Source of the DNA: Azolla caroliniana
Lineage: Eukaryota; Plantae; Polypodiophyta
Direction: 5' to 3'
Assembly (NCBI GenBank): GCA_043228905.1
Contig: JBHGNT010000014.1
Location: 17,112,001 to 17,176,000 of the forward strand
Length of the DNA: 64,000 nt
A model generated the notes under the pieces. It was given only the letters and a program-made list of their open reading frames with translations, made no database searches and was not told the origin of the DNA. Made by a program: the position numbers and the translations under genes. Shown piece by piece: positions 1-11,418 of this stretch. Within the stretch, counting starts at the first letter, position 1. Each line of letters opens with the position of its first letter.

Positions 1-529
1 CCCGGGAAGTGAGGGCGACGATGACAACCGACTCAGAGTGGATGAAGTCTCGGAGTATGACGGGTAAACGCGAGCCGGTTTTCTCTAGCATTTGTCCCTC
101 TCTGGCGCATGCCGGTGGATGTGCGGTTTGGTGGGGGTGGATGTCGTGAAGAAAACCGGCCTTAGGCGGAATCGATGAAAAAGGCGCGTGAACCAGCCCT
201 TACGCGTGGGCACAAGTATTGATAAGGAGTACATAATTAGGAATAGGTAGGCTGATGAAAATATCCTAAGAAATTATATTAATAGGCTAGTGAATCGAAG
301 CGGATCTCTGTCTGAAGGGACAGAGAATAGAAGTGATGTGATCAGGGTGTAATGGTCCGATACGCAGAGTGGTTCATTCAGTCGGCAAGTGTTGTCAATT
401 GCAAACGGGCCTTACCAGCCTACGCTTGCGCTCTTCTCACGCTCCTCCTCCTTCTCTCTCTCTTGCTCCTCGATTCAAGGACCCCACGGTCCCGCCTTAT
501 TTCCTACGCGAAAGCGGAAAAACATGACA
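1..529 (+). mobile_element. 3' end of a Ty3/gypsy-like LTR element: internal tail 1-141 plus 3' LTR 142-529; related to the element at 8667-13509
   Basis: LTR termini TGTCGTG (142) and CATGACA (529). Bases ~108-151 match the reverse complement of 9185-9228 (CAT[G/A]CCGGTGGATGTGCGGTTTGGTGGGG..GGATGTCGTGAAGA). The LTR tail GACCCCACGGTCCCGCC resembles GACCCCGGTGGTCCCGCC in the other element. Confidence 0.7.
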
Positions 530-540
530 CCGATTCTCGT

Positions 541-1018
541 TGTTGGGTATGTGAGGAAGAGTGGGAAACACACAAGAAGCTCAAAGAAAGAAGCACTCAC
601 ACAAGGAAGGCAATGGCTGGAATAGCTCTCTATTGATGAATGTTCCAAAAAAAATAGGAGCTGAAATATATATCCCTAAGTACTAAGTACCACCACATAT
701 GAGTGACTCATGTATGTGGTAACATGGGGAAAAAACCTCTAGCCAGCACTAGAGTAAAAAGTGCCCATGTATAGCTCAAAGAAAGAAGCACTCACACAAG
801 GAAGGCAATGGCTGGAATAGCTCTCTATTGATGAATGTTCCAAAAAAAAATAGGAGCTGAAATATATATCCCTAAGTACTAAGTACCACCACATATGAGT
901 GACTCATGTATGTGGTAACATGGGGAAAAAACCTCTAGCCAGCACTAGAGTAAAAAGTGCCCATGTATAGGGAAAATGGTTCACATCAAAGCTACTAGAG
1001 GAACACGCAAGTGTAACA
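541..1018 (-). repeat. 3' LTR of the copia element, with an internal 195-bp tandem duplication (578-772 / 773-968)
   Basis: The 283-bp LTR plus 195 bp gives the observed 478 bp; 2-bp AG microhomology at the junction. Confidence 0.95.
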
Positions 1019-1064
1019 AACCCCCCTGGAGCGAATGATATGAACATGTACAAGGAGTGACAGA

Positions 1065-4000
1065 TCAGCCCCCACAAGGCAATAAGCCTAAAGCTTTGCG
1101 AAAAGCTTCAAACTTTTCTCGTGGAAGAGCTTTGGTGAATATGTCTGCCACGTTATCTTGTGTAGGCACATATACCAAATCAATATCTCCTGCATGAAAG
1201 CGCTCTCTCACATAGTGATAATGCACCTCAATGTGTTTGGTCCGTGCATGAAATACAGGATTTCGTGCAACAGCCAATGCACTCTGACTATCTGTGAGAA
1301 TACGTGTAGCAACTTCAATCTCCATGCAAAGATCCATCAAAAGGCGTCTTAGCCATATACACTCCACTGTAGCTGTGAAAACTGCCCTGTACTCAGCTTC
1401 ACAACTTGATGTCGCCATTGTAGGTTGCTTTTTACTCAACCAAGATATACATGAGTTTCCAAAGAAAAAGCAATTACCACTAGTGGACACGCGAGTATCA
1501 TAACAACCAGCCCAATCACTATCTGTAAAAGCATGCAAGCATGGCTGAGTATCTCTGCCATAAAAGAGACCCAAGCTCAAAGTGCCTCTAAGATATCTGA
1601 ACACACGTTTCACTGCTTGCCAATGCTTAGTGCCAGGGCTATGCATGAATCGACTCAATTGGGAGACTGCATACTGTATATCCGGCCTTGTATTGCATGC
1701 ATATATAAGACATCCCACAGCTTGTTGATAAAGAGAAGTATCAAACGCATCACTAGAATCCTCAACAGAGAACCTAAATCCTGTCTCCACAGGTGTATAA
1801 ACCGGCTTGCAATCCTCAAAGTCAAAACGCTGAAGTAGTTTTTCAACATACTTTCCTTGATGCATAAACATTCCCCCCTCAACGGATACAAAATGGATGC
1901 CAAGATAGTAGCTCAAAAGACCAAGATAAGTGACTTCAAAAGTATGCTGCAAATCAGCCATAAGAAAATCGAGTTTTGCATCACATGACCCAGTCAAGAG
2001 TATGTCATCAACATAAAGAACGAGCACTAGAAGATCAGCCCCATCTTTGCGTACATAAAGTGTGCTTTCAATCGGACTACATGTGAAGCCAAGAGAAATC
2101 AAGTGCTTATGGATTTTTTCATACCATGCACGCGGAGCTTGCTTGAGACCATACAAGGCCTTATGCAAGCGACAAACCATATGCTCTTTCTCTTTCGTAG
2201 CAAATCCAGGAGGTTGCTTCACATAAACCTCTTCTTGCAAATCACCATTTAAAAAGGCTGTTTTTATGTCCAATTGATGCATTTTCTAACCTCTTTGGGC
2301 AGCCAATGCAACCACGGTACGAATGGTAGTCATGCGTGAAGTAGGTGCAAAAGTTTCCTCATAATCAATGCCATATTGTTGGGCATATCCTTTGGCAACC
2401 AATCTAGCTTTGTAGCGATCAATACTACCATCGGGCTTTCGTTTAATCTTGTAAACCCACCTAGTACCAATCACATTCTTTCCTTTTGGCAATTCACATA
2501 ACTCCCAAGTACCATTTTTATGAATGGAATCCATTTCTGATTGCATAGCACTCATCCAATGTGGATCATCACATGCATCTTCAAAAGTAAGTGGCTCCTC
2601 ATTACATGCTATTGCAACAATAGAATAATCCACAAAATTACCTGATGCATGGCGAGAGCTTGATCTTGTTTTACCAAGTAAAGGTGCACTCAATTTGCTA
2701 TCTTGCAAAGTTTGTTTCAGCCACCTCGGCATAGTTTGTGACCTCTCGATAGCCATACGTTCATTATGTAATACATCTTCAATATGTACATCATGCGTGG
2801 GCTGAATTTCATGCTCATTTTCAGCCACATTTGGTTGGACATTTCGTGCATTTTCAACACTTAGTTGCTGGAAATTTTTATCCCTTTGAGACTCACTTGG
2901 CTGGTCTACATGTCCATGGTCAAGCGCAGCACTTTGGAACAAAGGCATGAGTGTATCAAACACATCTTGTGAGCTAACTGTTGGTTGTTTTTTGCATTCA
3001 AGAAAAGGGAAAGCTGAATTTTCAGCAAATACCACATCTCGACTCACAATAATTGTGTCCGTCAATGGATGATACAAACGATATCCCTTACTTTCCGCAC
3101 TATAACCAACAAATATGCATTTCTTTGCCTTGTCATCAAGTTTGTGACGTTGTTGTGATGGCACAAGAGCATATGCCAAACAACCGAACACACGCATATG
3201 ACTAACCATAGGTTTATGTCCATTCCAAGCCTCATATGGCGTAATGACTCTCAACGCTTTTGTAGGGCAACGATTCAACACATAATTTGCACACATAACC
3301 GCTTCCATCCAAAACTTGTTAGGAAGATGCTTTCCTTTAACCATACATCGTGCCATCTCTAAGAGTGTTCTATTTTTGCGTTCTGCAACACCATTTTGTT
3401 GAGGTGTATATGGCACCGTACATTGATGTAAAATACCTCTTTCACAAAGAAAAGCATTAAACTCATGTGACATATATTCGCCACCACGATCCGTGCGTAG
3501 AGTCAAGAGCTTATTTGCGGAAAAATTTTCAGCCATAGCTAAAAATGATTTGAAGCAAGAAAAGACTTCATTCTTTGCTTTCATAGGATACACCCATGTA
3601 TGACGAGTAGCATCATCAATGAAGGTAACAAAATATACATGCTTTCCAAAAGATGGAGTCTTTACAGGACCACACACATCACTATGAACAAGTTGTAATT
3701 TTCTTGTAGTGTGTGTATGACTATCTTTTGGAAAAGAAGCACGATGCATTTTTCCAAGAATGCAACCTTCACATGCATGTTTTTCAATGGACTCAAGTGT
3801 AGGCAACCCAATAACCATATCCTTCTTTTGCAAGTGAAGCAAACTATTGAAGTTCAAGTGACCAAAACGAGCATGCCAAAGCTCCATTTCAGCCATGGAA
3901 GAAGTATGTACAGCCAAGGCATTTAGAGAAGCCCTCTTGTATGTATCTAAACGGTACAAGCCATTGCATAATGTACCGGACATCACGATAACATCACCAT

Positions 4001-5336
4001 TGCTATAATCGTGAACCATGCACTTATCATCAACAAAATGTACATGAAGTCCGGCTTTGGCAATCAAAGGAACCGAAATTAAGTTCTTCTTGATACCGGG
4101 CACATACAATACATTCTTTAAGATGACAACACCTCCATTTGCAGCCGAAAGCTCAATTTCTCCTACTCCAATGATAGAATAAGAGGCATTGTTTGCACAC
4201 ACCACATGTCCACCTTTGGGTGCATCTTTCAAGGATGCAAAAAAACTTTTGCATGAAGTAATGTGCTTTGAAGCACCACTATCAAAGAACCAATCCGAAT
4301 CAATCTCACTTACAACCATACATTTAGAGTGCAATGATGCATCATAATGATATGTAACAACACATGCCCAATAATCTTGAGCCATGTTGGCCTCATCACT
4401 CTTTGCACTTGAAACATTTTCAGAAATGGTCATGCCGGATTCCTTCTTCTTCTCATTGCGCTTAACAAGCTTTCTACATTCTTCAATCGTATGGCCAACC
4501 TTTCGACAATATTTGCATCTTTTCTTCTTTTGCAAATCACCATCATTAGAGGAATAAGTGAAAGAGGGAGGTTGAGGCTTTGGTTTTGAAGAACCAAAAG
4601 CTGAACCATGCTTGCCTTTTCCTTTTTGTGAGATAGCAAGTGCTTGTGTTCCCTCTATCAAACCACTTCTATTCACTCTAGATTGTTCTTCTTGCAAAAG
4701 AAGAGACACAACCTCATCAAATGCGTACATATCCGTATTCCCTTTTGCAACCAAACGAATAGTAGTAGCAAAGCTTTGAAAAGATTCGGGTAATCCTTTC
4801 AACAACGTAGAGACAAGTGATGTATTCGAAATGATCTCATCAATGTTTGCCAATTGCTCTTTCAAATCTTTAATGCGTGTCACATACACATCTACCAACT
4901 CATTTTCAGCCATATATACATCCTCAAGTTGCTTTCTCAAATATGCAACACGTGCTTCGTTACGCACGGCATACAACGAAGCAAGAGTGTCCCATGCTTG
5001 TTTGGACGTAGAGCATGACCGAATATGTGGAACTATATGACGCTTCACAGAAAGTGCAATCAATGCATGAGCTTGAGCATCTTTTCCATCCCATCTAAGT
5101 TGCTCTTGTGTTGGTGGAGTAGATGAAGTCATTGTGCTCGAAGATGAACTTGTATCTGTGATAGTAGACTGTGAAGTAGTAGGACCGGCGGGGCGTCGAT
5201 CTACATCTACCACTATGTTCCATAGTTGTTTGGCAACAAGAACGTGTTTCATCATGTAGGACCACATTGGATAGTTTGTCCCATCAAGCTTATCTTCAGC
5301 TTGAAGCATGCCAAACAAATCACCATTGTTTGCCAT
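1065..5336 (-). pseudogene. Copia gag-pol polyprotein interrupted by a single in-frame stop at 2286-2288
   Basis: CKYCRKVGHTIEEC zinc knuckle, WFFDSGAS protease, HARFGH..CEGC and DDE integrase, YVDD reverse transcriptase, RNase H. Reads AQRG*KMHQLD where GW is canonical (TGG>TAG); ORFs 2286-5351 and 1065-2282 are in the same frame. Confidence 0.95.
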
Positions 5337-5607
5337 TTTACCAAAGAACAAGAAAGTGGTAAAATATTACCTCAACAAATCGGAAATGAGTGCTGAAAAT
5401 GCAGCTCACAAACTATCACTCGGATGACGATTTCGACTACACGAACGGCTTCGAAATGGGGGTAAAATAGCAGGGTACCTGCTGAAAATGCGCTCCAAGT
5501 GCTGAAATACACTTCTCTATATTCGGAAGTTGATTTGCACAATGAAAAGTGCGCGCGCGCCGCGACACCGCGATGCGGACAACCGAAGATGGAGAGGATG
5601 AAGAACT

Positions 5608-5621
5608 TGGCTCTGATACCA
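5608..5621 (-). promoter_or_regulatory. Primer binding site (tRNA-iMet)
   Basis: TGGTATCAGAGCCA, 1 nt inside the 5' LTR boundary. Confidence 0.95.
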
Positions 5622-5622
5622 C

Positions 5623-5905
5623 TGTTGGGTATGTGAGGAAGAGTGGGAAACACACAAGAAGCTCAAAGAAAGAAGCACTCACACAAGGAAGGCGATGGCT
5701 GGAATAGCTCTCTATTGATGAATGTTCCAAAAAAAAATAGGAGCTGAAATATATATCCCTAAGTACTAAGTACCACCACATATGAGTGACTCATGTATGT
5801 GGTAACATGGGGAAAAAACCTCTAGCCAGCACTAGAGTAAAAAGTGCCCATGTATAGGGAAAATGGTTCACATCAAAGCTACTAGAGGAACACGCAAGTG
5901 TAACA
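5623..5905 (-). repeat. 5' LTR of the copia element (283 bp)
   Basis: Matches the 3' LTR apart from the duplication, one G/A substitution and a poly-A length change. Confidence 0.95.
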
Positions 5906-5910
5906 CTCGT

Positions 5911-7168
5911 CTCCAACGAAACTGATATACCAACTCGATATAGTTATACAAATTTTTTCATTTTTCAATTTGTGAATGAATATAAATTCACTTTTTTTTA
6001 TAAATTATCTTGTGGTTTAGCGTATTGCTGGGCTAGCCATCCATGATTGTGTAATCTGATTCCCAGTAAGTTTACTCCTAGAAAGCGAATCTGAACCAAA
6101 AGAAGTCCAATAGATGCTACTATGGCAGGTCCTTCCTTTCCCCAACATTCAGTCATTTTGGTATGAAGATAAATTGCATGTATTAACCAAGTCACTAACG
6201 CCCAAGTCTCTTTAGGATCCCAACTCCGGTAAGATCCCCATGCTTCATTGGCCCATACTGCTCTAGAGAGAATACCAATAGTTGAGAGGGAAAATCCTAA
6301 ACTTATTATATGATAAGCCCATTGATCCAGTTGATTAACAAGTCGACACTTACGCATATTAGGGGATAGCAAATAGAAAAAAGACCTTTCCACATAAGCT
6401 TCTCTTTGATCAGAATAAAAAAAAGTTGTATCTGACACACAAATATACGTTTCCTGAATGAACCCATGATTAGATTCATAAATGAAACTACCGGTTTTTA
6501 TATCAAAATAGATAATTGGTAAAGCTATTGTCGATAGAGATCCACATGAAGGGGTTGCGTAGCTCGGTAGCGGCATACTTACATGCATCATCAACCAGTG
6601 GGATTGTGAAGCGGGTACTAGCTCCGTGGATTGTTGTATTTCCTCAGGTAGACCCGAAGTAGCAAACACATGAGTTGATGTAGCACCCGGTGCCACAACA
6701 ACACCTGACCATTCATTTTGATTTCCTATTTTTAATAGTATGTACAATAAGGAGAAGCTCCACGATAGAAACATGGACGATTCATACGGATTGCTCAAGG
6801 GTAAATGCTTGGTTTTGACCCACCGAATCAACAAAAAACTTGTTATATGAAGAGTTTAGTCAACTACCATACCTTTATTGATCAAATTATTCAATTTATC
6901 AGATTTATAGCTTAGAACGATCCAATGGAGTGAAGTAACGACAAGGAGCATAATGAAAGAAATATGCACACATATGTACTCTATATCAATGTATGTTGTA
7001 ATAAAGAAGGACCAATCGATCGGTTAATCAGGTTGAATCAGTATAAGATTAATAAATATCTAGCAACTCATACCGTTTGTTACCGTATCCTCCATTTCAA
7101 AATTGGATTATTTCATTATAGAAATGCAAGGCCAAATCCATCTCGAACCAAAGGTTGGTTCTCCGGCC
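5911..7168 (-). other. Nuclear plastid DNA insertion (NUPT) covering ccsA and its flanks
   Basis: Intronless plastid ccsA with AT-rich plastid-like flanks, embedded among nuclear LTR elements. Boundaries are approximate. Confidence 0.85.
5998..6999 (-). pseudogene. ccsA: Plastid-derived cytochrome c biogenesis protein CcsA, unedited, with an in-frame TAA at 6856-6858
   Basis: AVWANEAWGSY(R)SWDPKETWAL WWD domain, HLPLSN and QSHWLMMHVSM motifs. Many S/P/R/H residues sit where L/W/C/Y are conserved (C-to-U editing sites). The frame extends upstream to ACA at 6999 (TTYIDIEYICVHISF). Confidence 0.93.
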
Positions 7169-8231
7169 ATACTTGATCTAGAAATACTCTCTAATTACAT
7201 ACCTCTAGAAAGTTCTAGAACTAAACGATTCTAGAGGGTTCTAGAATATTTTCCAAAATATTCTCAAGAATATTCTGATGCATGTACTTCAGCTCACAGT
7301 ATAAATTACTTGTAACCTCCTTGATCCCTTTCAAGGGATTCAACACCAGTCATTGACGTGCATCAATCGAGTATTCTCGTTTCTCCCCATCTTGTCTCCT
7401 TGATCTTTATCTATGTCTTTATGCTCTTCTGTCTTTCGCAACTTCTTAAGTTCCACGCTCTTAGCCCCATCATCCGTGCTTTGTCCGAGTCCGTGGTTGG
7501 TGTGTCCATGACAATTTGAATCCCGTCACACTGGAAGCAGCACCCGTCTTCATCATCGCCCTTGCTTCTAGAGTTACCATCGTCAGCATCCTTACTTCCA
7601 GAGTTACCGTCATCAACATCCTTGTTTTAGAGACATCATTGTCATAGTCATCGTTTCTTCTAGAGACACCATCATCACCATAGTCACAATCGTTGTTTCC
7701 AGAGATGCTTTCTCATGATCATCGTATTCGTTGCCTTGTCGTCAACATCATCATTTTCAACACCACTTGTTGTCTTCATCAAATGCTACTTCGCCCAACC
7801 TTCATCGTCATCAACACTACTTTGCATGGTCTTTCATTATCATCATTGTTCCACCCACTTCATTATCATTGTCATCATCTATAGGTATCATTTTGCATCA
7901 CGATTTTGGCTAGGATTGATTTTGAATATCACCTTCCCAGTTCCGGTGGTACAACCACTCACTTTCCTAGTGGGGATCGAATCATTGCTCTCTTGCACTC
8001 CAAAATTTTCATTTTGGTTCAAGTTTTGCTCCACTTTCCTTTAACAAGGATCGATTTCGATCACTCACATTCTAGTCCTGGTGGGGGTCACAACCGCTCA
8101 CTTTCTTGGTGGGGATTGTGCCGGTTTCTCGTTAGCACTACCGTTTATGCCATGTTTTGGGTCAACCTCGACTATTTACCCTCTCATGATAGAAGAAGTC
8201 GAGTCGACCGCTTCGCCTGCACTCCACTCTT

Positions 8232-8660
8232 TGGTGTTCCAATTCCCGGTGAGGGTCCCACACATGGTCGCTCACATCTGTTCGTGTCCCGATTCTCAGT
8301 GAGGGCCACACATGGTCACTCACGTCCGTTGGTGTTCCTATTCTCGGTGATGATTGCACATGGTTGCTCACACTCGATGATGTTCCAATCTCTAGTGAGG
8401 ACCTCACATGGTCGCTAACATTTGTTCATGTTCCAATGCCTGGTGAGGGTCGCACATGGTCACTCACCCCCGTTGGTGTTCTTGTTCGTGTGAGGATCGG
8501 ACATGGTTGCTCGCACCCGTTCGTGTTCTTGTTCTCGGTGCGGACCGCACATGATCCCTCATGCCCATTGGTGTTCATGTTCTTGGTGAGGACCGCACAT
8601 GGTCTCTCATGCCCATTCATGTTCCAGTCCCTGGTAAGGATCCCACATGGTCACGCATGT
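8232..8660 (+). repeat. 48-bp minisatellite (~9 copies), resuming at 13514-13645 after the insertion
   Basis: CACATGG anchors at 8261, 8309, 8357, 8405 and 8453 (period 48). Confidence 0.9.
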
Positions 8661-11046
8661 TAGCATTGTCGCGTTGTTATGCGCGTGCGTGTAGAAGGGG
8701 CGGGACCACCGGGGTCTCGGACTAGGGAGTAGAGGAGAAAGAATAGGACATGATATGGAGACTTAGCTCAAGAGGAGAAGAGGAAAGAATAAGACCACGA
8801 CATAGAAGGAGAGATCGGCGGAGGCAAGATGTTCAACAAGTTATATTAAAACAACGAATGGTTACAACAATGGTGGCCACATGGTCCGCACCAAACGACT
8901 ATGAGAAAACCCTAACCGAAGATGAATAAGGAAACCCTAAACGAAACCCTAACCCTAAAATGGTAAGAACTCTAGACTAAGTGGTATACCTCTCATACGC
9001 AAAATAGGAAACCCCTCATAAGTGACCCCTCCCTTCCTTTTATAGCCCAAGGAGGGAGGGACCTTACAATGTGGGATAGAATTTCCCCTCTTATTTCTGT
9101 ACACCATTTCCTAGTATACATGTGCACATGGTGCACACCACCGATTTGCCTATTCCACCCCGGTTTCCGCCTATGGACAAAAATCTTCACGACATCCGTC
9201 CCCACCAAACCGCACATCCACCGGTATGTGCCAAGAAAGGAGAAGAGGCGAGATTTTTCGGCCATGGTGATAAAACCGAGGTCCACCGTGTCCTCGTTGG
9301 CCTTGCTTGGCTTCGTTTTCCATTTCGAGCACGCCCCTCCCTTCCACACGAACCGTCGTAGCATCCCGTTCCACCGTATCCGTCGCACGTCCTCGAGCCG
9401 ACAGCTCCAACCGATCCACCACGTCCACCATGTGTCCCCGAAACATCGACTCCATCCGAACCGCCATATCCACCGCACACGTCTTCCTCCCCGGTCGGTC
9501 CTCCCGAACGTCATTCCCGATCCGGTCACTCTTTCTTTGTCCGCCACGTAGGTCCTCCGATTAGGCCCTCGGTCACCCCGTTTGCTCGCCGGATTGCGCC
9601 CCTCGTGTACCGCTTGTGTTCTATCTCCGGCTCGATCCTCTCTTCGTCTCGAACACCTCGTGCCGATTCGCTCCGTTCCGCGCTCACCTTCTGTAGACTC
9701 TTTCCGTGTGCCCTTGTTGTCTCCCGAACATGCGCTCGTTCTTCGGTCCCTCGGCAACCTCATTACGCGCTCCTCGCTTCTCCCTCGCTCGTCGTGCTCT
9801 CTCTCCGTAGAGTGTACCGTCATCCCGACCACCATGTCAGTGTCCTTCGCGACTCCCGTTACCGCTTCATCCCAACTCTCGTCCTCTTGGCCCGCTTGGC
9901 CTCGCATGCCTTCCAGGACGCCACGCTTCCTCTTTCCGGCGCGTAGCCCGTTGCTCTCCACGCACCTCCCCCGGTTCTCAAGACATAGCCTTCCATGCTC
10001 GCCGATCATCCGCCGATACCGGCACCTCACTGCTCCGTCTCTCGCCGCATGCATTCCTCGCAAAGGCTCGTATGTCCTCCGGGTGTGCTCCCGATCTCTC
10101 CGATCGCACTCCGGATTCCGCCCTTTTCGTGTCGCGTATGTTCCTCCTTTGGTTTTATCGTCTTTGCATGCCGAACACCTCGGTGTGTCGACTCTTCCCG
10201 CTCCGCGCTTGCCTTCCGTAGGTTCTTCCCGTGCGCCGATGTTGTCCCCCGAATATGCGCTCATTCTTTGGCCCTTAGGTGACCCCATTACGCGCACCTC
10301 GATTCTCCCTTGCTCTTCGTGCTCTCTCGTAGTAAAGCGTATCGTCATCCCAACCTCCGTGTCGGTGTCCCTCGAGGCTCTCGTTACCGCCTCGCCTCGA
10401 CTTGCGCCCTCTCAGCCCGCCTGGCCCGCTCGGTCGCACACATCCTTTGGGATGCCCCGTTTGCTCTTCACGGTACGTGACCCTCCGTTCTCCACGCATC
10501 CCCTCCATTTTCGCAGACACAATCCTTCGTTCATGCCGATCACGCTCGTCTCGTTCCGTCGATCTTGGCGTCTCGTCGCACCGTCCGTCGTCCCGCGCTT
10601 GCCTCTCGAAGGCTTCCTCCGACCTCACCGTCGGTCACTTGTTGCGGCTCCTCCGAATGCACGCTTGCTTCTTGGCCCTTCGCCGGCCGTAGTGCATACT
10701 TCGTATTATGCGCCTCATCCACCGTAGACCCGACCTTCGCGTTGGTCTCTTCTTCCTCCGTTGTCGTAGCCCATTCCGACTCGGGCTTGCCGACTTGGCC
10801 TCGCTCGTCCATTATTTCATACCGGATATCTACACCGATATCCAACTCCGCATCGGCCTCTAACTCCTCGCCGCCACCCGCCATCTCTTCGGTCCTATGT
10901 TGATCCGCAACCGCCGAACTCTCAAGAATAGGTGTGGAGGGTTCCCCTTGCTCTCGGTCTTCCGCCAAGCCATAATCACCGTGCCCGGTTAGCCTCCTTC
11001 TCGCGCTCACCGGCTCCCACCGTGTGTTGTGGCTCGTACGCCTCGG

Positions 11047-11418
11047 CCTCCAATCATGCAGACATAGCCTTCACCCGGATTGGTCTCGGCCGATCGAGTT
11101 CCGGTTTGGTCGGCTACCTTTCCTAACCGTAACCGGCTGGTACATGTTTGTCCGCACAAATCCGGCCTTGCCGGCTCTTCTTCCGGTCGTGTCGGATTAT
11201 CGACCGGTTCATCTTCCGGTCGGGTCGGTTCATCCTCCAATCATGCAGACATAGCCTTCACCCGGATTGGTCTCGGCCGATCGAGTTCCGGTTTGGTCAG
11301 CTACCTTTCCTAACCGTAACCGGCTGGTACATGTTTGTCCGCACAAATCCGGCCTTGCCGGCTCTTCTTCCGGTCGTGTCGGATTATCGACCGGTTCATC
11401 TTCCGGTCGGGTCGGTTC
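11047..11418. repeat. 187-bp near-perfect tandem duplication inside the gag-only element
   Basis: Units start at 11047 and 11234; one mismatch seen. Confidence 0.95.

Larger units (their letters stand above)
541..5905 (-). mobile_element. Full-length, young Ty1/copia LTR retrotransposon
   Basis: TG...CA LTRs at 541-1018 and 5623-5905; perfect 5-bp TSD CTCGT (536-540 and 5906-5910); tRNA-iMet PBS; G-run PPT at ~1019-1028; domain order gag-PR-IN-RT-RH. Confidence 0.97.

Noticed and set aside
5998-6834. Functional nuclear-transferred ccsA
   Set aside because: It needs organellar editing, has an upstream in-frame stop and G>A lesions, and lacks a transit peptide.
8232-8660. Regularly spaced repeats resembling a CRISPR array (also 25748-26565)
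   Set aside because: The units are tandem and diverge along their whole length, with no unique spacers and no cas genes; the context is eukaryotic.
8908-8960. AAACCCTA telomere-like motifs (also 13247-13275)
   Set aside because: Only 3-4 scattered telo-box-like units inside LTRs, not a telomeric array.
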